IMG/VR virus record: IMGVR_UViG_3300037010_002844 | Span: 186,001-250,000 of that record | Direction: 5' to 3' (one strand) | DNA length: 64,000 nt | Shown here: positions 46,348-55,230 of the stretch, one piece after another | How positions within the stretch are numbered: position 1 is the first letter of the stretch | Layout of the letters: each line of letters begins with the position of its first letter | Translations under genes and position numbers: made by a program | The notes under the pieces: generated by a model | Seen by the model: the letters and a program-made list of their open reading frames with translations, nothing else | Told to the model about the DNA's origin: nothing | Databases searched by the model: none

Positions 46348-47508
46348 ATGAAGACTGTGATTCTTCGGGGTCCAACGTTGACCCAATCAGGATACGGCGT
46401 TCACGCTCGCCAGGTTGCACGTTGGTTGCTCGACAAGCCCGGTATCGATGTCAAATTTCACTTGCTGCCTTGGGGTGACACGCCTTGGTTGCTCGACAGC
46501 AACGCACATGAAGGTCTGGTGGGCGAAGTGATGAAGCGCTCGGTCGGCCCTGACGCCCATAGTGACGTGTCATTTCAGCTGCAGTTGCCCAATGAGTGGG
46601 ACCCAAAGGTTGCTGCTTGGAACGTAGGCATGACAGCCGGTGTCGAGACAGATCGCTGCAACCCATCGTGGATTGAATACTGCAACAGGATGTCACAGAT
46701 CATCGTTCCAAGTCAGCACGTGTTGGCCAACCTGACAAGCACGGGCAAGGTGTCGACGCCCATCGCAGTGGTTCCTGAGTCGTTCGTTGATTCGGTGCTG
46801 TTGGACGACGACAAGCTGCCTAAGTTGCCCGAGTTCTCAACCAAGTTCAACTTCTTGGTTTTTGGTCAGTTGACGGGTAACAACCCGTTCAACGATCGCA
46901 AGAACACCTTCTTCACCCTGAAATGGCTGTGTGAAGCATTCAAGGATGACAAGGACGTGGGCATCGTCATCAAGACCAACGCCGGGCGTAATACAAAGAT
47001 CGACAGGAACATCATCAAGAATGTCCTGTCGGGCGTCCTGGCTGAGGCTCGCAAGGGTCCGTATCCCAAGGTTCACCTGCTTCACGGTGACATGGATGAC
47101 CTTGAGGTAGCAGCGTTGTACCGTCACCCACAGATCAAGGGCCTGGTCACCTTGACGCGGGGCGAAGGCTATGGATTGCCGATCCTCGAGGCAGCTGCCA
47201 GTGGCCTACCAGTCATCGCAACCGGATGGTCAGGGCACCTCGATTTTATGAAGCTGGGCAAGTACGTTAGCATCTACTATCAACTCGGTGAGGTACACCC
47301 GTCCAGGATCGATGGCCAGATCTTCGTGAAGGGCTCCAAGTGGGCCAATCCTTCCGAGGAGGACTTCAAGAAGCGAATCGTCAAGTTTCGCAACTCTCAT
47401 ACCATCCCGAAGGAGTGGGCCGACGAGCTAGCCACTCGCCTGCGAGGACACTTCAGTTTCCCGGAGATCGCCAAACAATATGACGAACTCCTGAAAGACG
47501 TGCTCTGA
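46348..47508 (+). CDS. GT4-family glycosyltransferase
   Basis: Start moved to MKTVILRG; QSGYG, DRKN, TRGEGYGLPILEAAASGLPVIATGWSGHLDF. Confidence 0.92.
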   Translation: MKTVILRGPTLTQSGYGVHARQVARWLLDKPGIDVKFHLLPWGDTPWLLDSNAHEGLVGEVMKRSVGPDAHSDVSFQLQLPNEWDPKVAAWNVGMTAGVETDRCNPSWIEYCNRMSQIIVPSQHVLANLTSTGKVSTPIAVVPESFVDSVLLDDDKLPKLPEFSTKFNFLVFGQLTGNNPFNDRKNTFFTLKWLCEAFKDDKDVGIVIKTNAGRNTKIDRNIIKNVLSGVLAEARKGPYPKVHLLHGDMDDLEVAALYRHPQIKGLVTLTRGEGYGLPILEAAASGLPVIATGWSGHLDFMKLGKYVSIYYQLGEVHPSRIDGQIFVKGSKWANPSEEDFKKRIVKFRNSHTIPKEWADELATRLRGHFSFPEIAKQYDELLKDVL

Positions 47509-47816
47509 TGATTACGACGATTGTCATACTGTCGCTGCTCTGTCTGACACTTGCGTTCTTCATCTACGTTAGCGTAAAGAGGAACCTCGAGTACCAAGAC
47601 AAGATGCAGGAAATCGTCGATCAGACAGAGGTAGCGCTTGACGTGTTGAACACGTGCTATCAACGAGCGGCCGCACGGGCAGAGCTCGAGGTCATGAGCG
47701 ACGAACCCGTCGTCCGTGAGCTCGTGCAGGACATCAAAATGTCCCGTGACGCCATACTGCTTGTTGCAAACTTGATTGTCGAGCCGATTCAGGACGACGA
47801 GGAAGGCAACAAATAG
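47508..47816 (+). CDS. Small membrane-anchored protein
   Basis: N-terminal TM helix ITTIVILSLLCLTLAFFIYV; ends TAG immediately before the next ATG. Confidence 0.75.
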   Translation: MITTIVILSLLCLTLAFFIYVSVKRNLEYQDKMQEIVDQTEVALDVLNTCYQRAAARAELEVMSDEPVVRELVQDIKMSRDAILLVANLIVEPIQDDEEGNK

Positions 47817-48629
47817 ATGGCCGCCCGCAAAAAGACGACCCAGAAATCACCCGCAAAGAAGGCAGCACTCGCCGCAATCGTCCCATCTTCTCCCCCTGAG
47901 AAGGAAGAGCCCAAGACGGAGGAACAGAAGAAGGCTGCGAAGCAGTCGAGGATGTACTTCAATCAAAATACGCAGGCCGCGATCTGCGCCTACCAGAAGG
48001 AAACTGACAGGAAGGAACGCGAGAGGCTCTACGTCAATGAAATCATGCCAGCGTTTGAGAAGTTGACAGAGAACCTGATCAACATTCACAAGTTCACCAG
48101 CCTGCACGACACCTACGATGATTTGAAGAACGACTGCGTCAACTTCCTCTTTGAGACGATTCACAAGTTCGACGGCACGCGAGGGACCAACGCTTTTTCG
48201 TACTTCAACGTGGTCGCCAAGAACTGGTTGATCATCAGGACAAAGCAGAAGGCACAGCGCGTCAAGCGTTCGGTGTCGCTGGACGATCCCAACTCGCTGA
48301 ATGCTCATGAGTTCAACATCGTCGAAGAGCACAACATGGTCCCGTCTGCTGAGATGATCATGGAGAATGAGACCAGCGCAGCTGGCGTCCTGAAGATGTT
48401 GTACGAAATCAGGACCCGCGTCAAGACAGAGAATGAGCTGGCGTGCATCAACTCCATCATCACCATCTTCGAAAACGTTGATGATGTTGACTTGTTGAGC
48501 AAGAGTGCCATCCTGCTCTACATGCGTGAACTGTCGGGCCTGAGTCCTAAGCAGTTGACAACGACGATGCAGATGGTCAAGAAGCACTATCGCAAGTTGA
48601 AGGGCGACGCTAAGTTTCGCCTGTTCTGA
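47817..48629 (+). CDS. Putative phage late sigma factor (T4 gp55-like)
   Basis: YFNQ..Q.AI..Y, DL.NDCV.FL.ETIHKFDGTRGTNAFSYF resembles sigma region 2 and gp55. Confidence 0.65.
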   Translation: MAARKKTTQKSPAKKAALAAIVPSSPPEKEEPKTEEQKKAAKQSRMYFNQNTQAAICAYQKETDRKERERLYVNEIMPAFEKLTENLINIHKFTSLHDTYDDLKNDCVNFLFETIHKFDGTRGTNAFSYFNVVAKNWLIIRTKQKAQRVKRSVSLDDPNSLNAHEFNIVEEHNMVPSAEMIMENETSAAGVLKMLYEIRTRVKTENELACINSIITIFENVDDVDLLSKSAILLYMRELSGLSPKQLTTTMQMVKKHYRKLKGDAKFRLF

Positions 48630-48637
48630 GGAAGATC

Positions 48638-49015
48638 ATGGCGGTCGAAGAAAAGAATGATCTGGTTGAAGTCGAGGATCGCACCGTCGAGGAGCGCATT
48701 AAGGACTTTTCTGGCCTACTCAACCAGATCGAAAGCCTAAACGACAAGAAGCGCAAGCTGTGGTTGGAGATCTACGAGAATGCAATCTCAGATCGCCAGA
48801 ACTCCTACGCCATGTTCGCTCGCCTGGTCAAAATCGTGTCGGACAAGAGTTCCGAACACGCCGTTCACGGTAAGACAATCGCCACCTATATCGAACGCAT
48901 GAGCAAGGCTAACGATCAACTCATCAAGCTGGCGGAGTTGATTGCCAAGGCTGAACGTGCTGATGAAGAGATCGATCCTGAAGATATGTTCGAGCGCATC
49001 AAGAAGGGTGGCTGA
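48638..49015 (+). CDS. Conserved hypothetical helical protein
   Basis: GAGGA SD; 125 aa. Confidence 0.75.
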   Translation: MAVEEKNDLVEVEDRTVEERIKDFSGLLNQIESLNDKKRKLWLEIYENAISDRQNSYAMFARLVKIVSDKSSEHAVHGKTIATYIERMSKANDQLIKLAELIAKAERADEEIDPEDMFERIKKGG

Positions 49016-49044
49016 ACGCACTGGGTCGATTAGGTACGTAGGAC

Positions 49045-50499
49045 ATGACAGACTATGCCAAGCTAACGAAGCACATCGTCGAGGGCGAAGCCGGCCGCAT
49101 CATGCGGGACCGGTCGGCCCTGGAACACGGCACACACGCTCAGTTTCCAGCGTTCTATCGCTATGTTGTCCTGGACGTGGTCTTCGACCCAACGATCATT
49201 GACAAGGCTAAGCTCGACTTCTGGGAGCACGGCATCGGCGTCGCCAACATGGAGTACGCTGCCGTGCTACCGCGCAATGCCATCATCGCTCAACGGATAC
49301 TGGACGGAGCCACCGAGGCACCCGTCTTTCTGTTTCCATTCTTCTCGAGTCACTTGGCAATGCCATGTAAACCAGGTGAACACGTTTGGGTGATGTACGA
49401 GGCTCCGGGAACCGTTGAGACCTCATTGGGTTACTGGTTTTGCAAGATCACCGAGTTGGGTCACGTTGACGATGTCAACCACACTCATGGGCCGCGGGCC
49501 TGGGACCCATCATTTACGCCCAAGATCAAAGACGTCTTTGACGGAACTGCCGAGGCCAAGTACGAGTTCCGCAACGGCCGCGTCGATATCCAAGAAGGCG
49601 AGCGTTACACCGTGGCCAGCAGCCACGTGGTGCCCAGTGATGACGAGGCGATCTACGAAAAATTGTTGACAAACTCAGATGGTAGCCAGGTGATGAAATA
49701 CGAGGCAATTCCCAGGTACCGTAAGAGGCCCGGGGACCTTGCTTTTGAGGGTAGCAACAATACGTTGATCGTCCTGGGCACTGACCGCGTGGGACCCGCT
49801 GCCGACCTGACGAGGCCCGCTGATCCAAAGAAGGGGACGGTGCCCGCTAAGCTTGACTCTGACATGGACGGCGATGCAGGCATGATCGACCTGGTCGCTG
49901 GCCGTGGACAGACAGACGACACGCGAGGCAAGGAGGTCACCAACAAGAAACTCGACAAGTCAGACTTCAATAAGGAGTTGGGCAAATCAGGCGCGGAGCT
50001 CTCTGAAAAGGAGGGCGACCCGGACCTCAAGAACGACCGCTCTCGGGTCCTCATTGTCCAGCGCACCATGATCGACAAGAACATTGGACTCGATGGCTAC
50101 AATGCCAGCAACTTTCCAGACGTCAAGGATCCGAGCAAGGGTGCCGGCGCCGTGTTGATTCGCACCGACAAGGTCAGGATCGTGGCTCGAATGGACGTCG
50201 AAATTCTCGTCTCGGGCTACGAGACCGACGCAAGAGGCAATGCCAAGGCGCTGAACGACCCTGACAACTATGCCGCCATCGTGATCAGAAGCAACGGAGA
50301 CATCATCCACAGGCCTTCGAAGAAGGGCTACGTCAAGTTGGGCGGCGATGATGCGAATCTTGCGGTCCTGTGTCAGGACAGTCCGACGCCCATCGACGGC
50401 CAAGTGTCCGCGATTCCAATCACGGACTCCATGGGTGGGCAGCAGGGAACAGGCGCGCCAGGTCAAGGCCAATACGCCAAGAAAGTTTTGATGAAATGA
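49045..50499 (+). CDS. Putative baseplate hub/central spike protein (gp5/gpV-like)
   Basis: OB-like PCKPGEHVWVMYE, RPGDLAFEGSNNTLIVLG; upstream of the gp25-like gene. Confidence 0.6.
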   Translation: MTDYAKLTKHIVEGEAGRIMRDRSALEHGTHAQFPAFYRYVVLDVVFDPTIIDKAKLDFWEHGIGVANMEYAAVLPRNAIIAQRILDGATEAPVFLFPFFSSHLAMPCKPGEHVWVMYEAPGTVETSLGYWFCKITELGHVDDVNHTHGPRAWDPSFTPKIKDVFDGTAEAKYEFRNGRVDIQEGERYTVASSHVVPSDDEAIYEKLLTNSDGSQVMKYEAIPRYRKRPGDLAFEGSNNTLIVLGTDRVGPAADLTRPADPKKGTVPAKLDSDMDGDAGMIDLVAGRGQTDDTRGKEVTNKKLDKSDFNKELGKSGAELSEKEGDPDLKNDRSRVLIVQRTMIDKNIGLDGYNASNFPDVKDPSKGAGAVLIRTDKVRIVARMDVEILVSGYETDARGNAKALNDPDNYAAIVIRSNGDIIHRPSKKGYVKLGGDDANLAVLCQDSPTPIDGQVSAIPITDSMGGQQGTGAPGQGQYAKKVLMK

Positions 50500-51335
50500 A
50501 GTCACAGGAAGCGGCAGGCATCCTCGACGCAAAGGAAAAACTGACGCAATCTGCAAAGGACTCCTTCATCAAGGAGGTCAAGAGCATTCTCGTCAATGGC
50601 GTCACTGGCATCGATGATGGCAAGTTGCTGTGTTTTGAAGTGCCACCCACGCCTGGATCTGACTCGATTCCTCTCGAAGATGCCTCGAAGTTCCCAGAGT
50701 TCCACCGATACGTCTTCAACCTCTACGAGTCGATCGCAAGAGGCCTGAACCTTGATAGCGACTTCAAGTTTCTACCCGTCGTTGATCCGATCGCGCTCGG
50801 CCTCAAGCTGGGAATCGACTTTGACATTGACGTGTCACTGCCTCCCGATATTCCAGCATGGTCGCCCAAGATCGCTGCTAAACTAGCCCTTCCAGAAATC
50901 GTGGCAAAGTTGCCCTCGCTGGACATCCAGTTCCCGCCTCCGGTGTCGCCTGCTATCCCGATGCCAAAGTTCGAGCTGCCTCAGATTGATGATTCCAGGC
51001 TATCGTTTACCCTGACGGCGGTGTTCGACCTTGTCCCGAAGCTGCCCGAAGTCTTCCTGAATTTCACGCTTAGTATTCCGACGGCCATCCTACAATTTCC
51101 CAAGATGGGACTCTGCAAGGCATTTACCGACGCATTGGGCCCGCTCGTCCTGGGTAATCCGGCCTTCAAGCTGACGCCCATGCCGACAATGATGGCAACT
51201 GTTGCGTTGGTTCTACTGCGTAAGACTGCAAATTGCATCGTCTATGCCGCCATCGGATCAACATTGGGTGCTGCGCCCGGTGGGATGGTGGGTGCCGTGG
51301 CTCGGTCAAACGGAGAGACGCCTCCGGCGGCTTGA
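50496..51335 (+). CDS. Pro-rich hypothetical protein in baseplate operon
   Basis: Start moved to MKSQEA (ATGA coupling). Confidence 0.65.
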   Translation: MKSQEAAGILDAKEKLTQSAKDSFIKEVKSILVNGVTGIDDGKLLCFEVPPTPGSDSIPLEDASKFPEFHRYVFNLYESIARGLNLDSDFKFLPVVDPIALGLKLGIDFDIDVSLPPDIPAWSPKIAAKLALPEIVAKLPSLDIQFPPPVSPAIPMPKFELPQIDDSRLSFTLTAVFDLVPKLPEVFLNFTLSIPTAILQFPKMGLCKAFTDALGPLVLGNPAFKLTPMPTMMATVALVLLRKTANCIVYAAIGSTLGAAPGGMVGAVARSNGETPPAA

Positions 51336-51351
51336 GGATGGTAGATAGATC

Positions 51352-51825
51352 ATGGCCGTGTATTCATTCAAGAGCTCTGGCAAGACGCAAGAGCAAAAGC
51401 TCGTCGAGACACTCGAGAGCAGCAAGACGCCCATTGGCATCCGAACGCCTCTACAATTGAACGAAGGCGACGGGACCGAGATCGTGGCCACCTACGACAA
51501 TCTGGCTGACACTGTACACGATAACCTGCGCAACCTGTTGTTGACCAACTGGGGCGAGCGCTTGGGCCTCTACGATTTTGGTGGGAACTTGCGACCTCTG
51601 ATGGCAGAGTTCGTCTCACTCGATGATTTCGACGGCAAGGCGATTGACAGAATCTCCAACGCGGTCTCGCGGTGGATGCCCTACGTCTCCCTCGAGAACT
51701 ACCTGTCCAACACGGATCGCACTGACAACAAGAACACTGCTCACGTTAACATCAAGATCACCTACAGCGTCCCAACGTTGAACATCGTCAATAAACTGCT
51801 TGAGATCAATCTCTACGCGATGTGA
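51352..51825 (+). CDS. Baseplate wedge protein gp25/GPW-like
   Basis: V.DNLRNLLLTNWGERLG..DFG..LR, I..AV.RWMPYV. Confidence 0.9.
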   Translation: MAVYSFKSSGKTQEQKLVETLESSKTPIGIRTPLQLNEGDGTEIVATYDNLADTVHDNLRNLLLTNWGERLGLYDFGGNLRPLMAEFVSLDDFDGKAIDRISNAVSRWMPYVSLENYLSNTDRTDNKNTAHVNIKITYSVPTLNIVNKLLEINLYAM

Positions 51826-51874
51826 GCGGTAGCCCACGCGTTAGGATACGATACTTACGGTTGACGGTGAACCA

Positions 51875-53716
51875 ATGGCGCTAAAGCGTGACGACATCGT
51901 GCCTGTCAGGCAACGGAAGTATTTGGGCAAAGACTTTGACAGTCTGCGCGCGCAGCTGTTGGAGTACGCTCGGTTGTACTACCCTGACAGGTTGCGTGAC
52001 TTTTCAGAGGCGTCACTGGGTGGCTTGTTCCTTGACATGGCGGCCTACGTGGGCGACAACATGTCGTTCTACCTCGATCACCAGTACTCGGAACTGAATC
52101 CCGAGACTGCAGTCGAGACAAACAACATTCAGCGTCACCTCAGAACAGCAGGCGTCCCGATCACTGGAGCAGCACCCGCGTTGGTTCCTGTCACAGTCTA
52201 TATCCAGGTTCCGGCTGCCGCCATCGGCAACTCAATCGGCCCGCGGCCCGACTGCATCCCGGTGATGCAGATGAACACGATCTTCACCGCTGATAACGGA
52301 ACTGAGTTCATCCTCCTCGAGGACATCGACTTCGGCGCGCGACGCGCCGATGGATCACTCAAGGCCACCGTCAAAGTGGGAAACAAGTCTCCGGCCGGCG
52401 TGCCTCGAACTTTCATCATGGCCCAAACAGGCCTCTGCGTTTCAGGCAAGGTTGGACAGGACGCCTTTCCGATCAGTCAAGCGTTTGTCCCGTTTAGGCA
52501 GTTGACGTTGAGCAACGCTAACGTCACTGACATTATCAACGTCACAGACACGCTGGGCAACATCTACTACCAGGTCTCGGCCCTGAGCCACGATGTCGTT
52601 TACCGCAACGTCCTGAACACCGCCAGTGACAATGACATCGTACCAGAATCGATCAAGGTCATTCCGGCGCCTTACAGGTACACCTCTGACGTCGATTTGG
52701 CAACACGGCGCACAGTGCTAACGTTCGGCGGCGGCAGCGCTGACAGTCTAGAAGACGACGTCATTCCCGATCCCTCAGAGTTTGCGATCTCGTTTCCGTA
52801 CTCTCGCACCTTCTCGCGGATTTCAGTCAATCCGCAGCAGTTGCTGCAGACCAAAACTCTGGGCGTGGCTGCTGTCAACACGACAGTGACCGTCGACTAT
52901 CGCTACGGCGGCGGCCTGAATCACAACGTCTCTGCAGGTAGCATCAAGACGATCAAGATCGCCAACCTCTTTTTTCCCGGCAATCCGCCTGCTGCCATCG
53001 CGGCGCAGGTCCGCAACACGATGGAGTGTGCCAACCTGATCCAAGCATCTGGCGGTGAGGACGCGCCCTCGGCGGACGACCTGAAGGCCTTGATCCCGTC
53101 GGTCAGGAACAGCCAAGAGCGCATCGTTTCCCGTGAGGATCTGGTCGCTCGAGTCTACACGATTCCATCCAACTTCGGTCGCGTCTTTCGCGCATCTGTC
53201 AAGTCGAATTCGAACAACCCACTGGCCACGCAGCTGTTCATCGTCTCGCGGTCACCAGAACAGAAGCTAATCACGTCGCCTGACACTCTGAAGACCAACC
53301 TGCAGAAGTATTTGAATCCCTACAGGATGATCTCAGACGCCATCGACATCCTGGATGCTCGGATCATCAACTTGACGTTGGACTTTGAGGTCGTCGTTGA
53401 TCCTGCCTTGAACAAGAGCACGGTGCTGCAAAACGTCCTGACCAAGTTGCAGTCGACGTTCAACATCAAGAACTACCACATCGATCAGCCTTTGATCGTC
53501 TCTGACATCGTCAACACGATCTTCTCGGTTTCTGGCATCGTTGCGGTCGACCGCGTGCAGTTCAACAGCATCACGGGCACCGTCAACAACCGAACTTACA
53601 GCAACGACACCTTTGACGTGGCCAGCAACACGGTTAGGGGAATCATTTTGCCGCCTCCTGGCGGAATCTTCGAGGTACGTTACCCCGAAGTCGACATTCT
53701 GGGTAAGGTGGTCTGA
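51875..53716 (+). CDS. Baseplate wedge protein gp6/baseplate-J-like
   Basis: KDFDSLR..L..YA..YYP...DFSE.S.G..F.DM.AYVGD..SFYLD; YRYGGG; Q.RIV..ED. Confidence 0.88.
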   Translation: MALKRDDIVPVRQRKYLGKDFDSLRAQLLEYARLYYPDRLRDFSEASLGGLFLDMAAYVGDNMSFYLDHQYSELNPETAVETNNIQRHLRTAGVPITGAAPALVPVTVYIQVPAAAIGNSIGPRPDCIPVMQMNTIFTADNGTEFILLEDIDFGARRADGSLKATVKVGNKSPAGVPRTFIMAQTGLCVSGKVGQDAFPISQAFVPFRQLTLSNANVTDIINVTDTLGNIYYQVSALSHDVVYRNVLNTASDNDIVPESIKVIPAPYRYTSDVDLATRRTVLTFGGGSADSLEDDVIPDPSEFAISFPYSRTFSRISVNPQQLLQTKTLGVAAVNTTVTVDYRYGGGLNHNVSAGSIKTIKIANLFFPGNPPAAIAAQVRNTMECANLIQASGGEDAPSADDLKALIPSVRNSQERIVSREDLVARVYTIPSNFGRVFRASVKSNSNNPLATQLFIVSRSPEQKLITSPDTLKTNLQKYLNPYRMISDAIDILDARIINLTLDFEVVVDPALNKSTVLQNVLTKLQSTFNIKNYHIDQPLIVSDIVNTIFSVSGIVAVDRVQFNSITGTVNNRTYSNDTFDVASNTVRGIILPPPGGIFEVRYPEVDILGKVV

Positions 53717-55215
53717 TGTTCAAGTCACTGCGCGCTGACAAAGATGCCTACATCAATGATCGCGTGGTCAAGGGTGTTCGGGCCTACGGGTCAAACACTG
53801 GCATCGCTGGCACCCTCGATGTCTTCAAGCTGTATGGCGCGACCTCGTCAGGCAGCGTTCCCAATACAGAGTTGTCGAGGTTGCTGGTTCACTTCGACCT
53901 GACGGCCCTCAAACAGGCCGTCACCGCAGGTTCAATTGATCCAACTGACAGCAGCTTTTGGGCCAAACTTCACCTGTTCGACGTTTACGGTGGCCAACCG
54001 ACGCCCGACAACTTCACCTTGTCGGTAACACCGTTGTCGCAGTCGTTTGATGAAGGTCGTGGCAAAGACGTGGTCTACTACAGTGACTACGACGAATGTA
54101 ACTTCTTGACAGCCTCACGCGGTAACCCATGGTTGGGAGCTGGTTGCACAGCCTCTGGTACGCTGCCCGGACCCTGTGACTACTTCACAGATCTCGAGGC
54201 CACACAGTCATTCGTCACGGGCGAAGAGGACCTGCTGGTCGACGTCACTCCTATCATCAAAGGTATCCTGTCGGGAACAGTTCCAGATGCTGGATTCCGC
54301 ATCGCATTCACTGCAGCCGAAGAAAATGATGAATACACCCGCTTCGTCAAGAGGTTTGCTTCACGGCACGCCTACGACGACTCGAAGCGGCCGCGGCTAC
54401 TTGTAGGATTCGATGACTCAATCCGCGATGATTCCGAGGGATTGACGTTGGATTCTAACAGCAACCTGTTCATGTGGAACTATGACAAGGGAAGGCCTGC
54501 CAACCTGATGTCAGGCAGCTCACCGGTCACTGGCTCCAATTGTCTGATCGTGAAGCTGCAACTGCCCGTCTCGGGCGGCGTCTATGAGCTGGTGTTCACG
54601 GGCAGCCAACACAGTGCTGGCGTAAATCCTGTTGTCGGTGAGTATGATGTCAACGTCTTCATCCCATCATCAGATCCTGTAATCGCAGCGGCGATGGTTG
54701 CCTCTGGCTCGAGCATCAACTTGACACCGATCTGGGGTTCACTCGATGGCACGCTGGCGTTCTTGACTGCATCATCTGCCATCACAGTCTATCCACCTAC
54801 GCGTGGTTCGAGAAACCTGGCACCCAAACACTTTGTCGTCACTGTCAACGGTTTGAACTCTGAGCACGATGCAGACGAGATCGTGGCCTGCCGCGTCAAC
54901 CTGTTCGACTACACCTCTCCTCGCATCACAGCGGTCAAGATTCCAGTCGAATCGCCTGGTGGTCTGCAGGGCGTGGCCTCCGATGCCTTCTATTCAGTTC
55001 GCGATGTTGCAACTGACAGGGTCGTCATCCCGTACGATACTTCAAAGGGATCGACGCGGTTGTCGTCCGACGGTTCTGGCATGTACTTCGCACTGGACAT
55101 GAGCAATCTGGACCCTGGGCGCAGCTACGTCGTCGACGTCATGGTCATCGTGGGAGGCACGCAGCAGCGGCACCCAGCAGCGTCCGGAGTTTTCAAAGTC
55201 AACCCAGTACAGTAA
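53716..55215 (+). CDS. Baseplate-associated structural protein (DNRLRE-like N-terminus)
   Basis: ADKDAYI..SNTG..SRLLVHFDL..L pattern; operon context. Confidence 0.6.
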   Translation: MFKSLRADKDAYINDRVVKGVRAYGSNTGIAGTLDVFKLYGATSSGSVPNTELSRLLVHFDLTALKQAVTAGSIDPTDSSFWAKLHLFDVYGGQPTPDNFTLSVTPLSQSFDEGRGKDVVYYSDYDECNFLTASRGNPWLGAGCTASGTLPGPCDYFTDLEATQSFVTGEEDLLVDVTPIIKGILSGTVPDAGFRIAFTAAEENDEYTRFVKRFASRHAYDDSKRPRLLVGFDDSIRDDSEGLTLDSNSNLFMWNYDKGRPANLMSGSSPVTGSNCLIVKLQLPVSGGVYELVFTGSQHSAGVNPVVGEYDVNVFIPSSDPVIAAAMVASGSSINLTPIWGSLDGTLAFLTASSAITVYPPTRGSRNLAPKHFVVTVNGLNSEHDADEIVACRVNLFDYTSPRITAVKIPVESPGGLQGVASDAFYSVRDVATDRVVIPYDTSKGSTRLSSDGSGMYFALDMSNLDPGRSYVVDVMVIVGGTQQRHPAASGVFKVNPVQ

Positions 55216-55230
55216 GTTCGAGTCGCCAGC

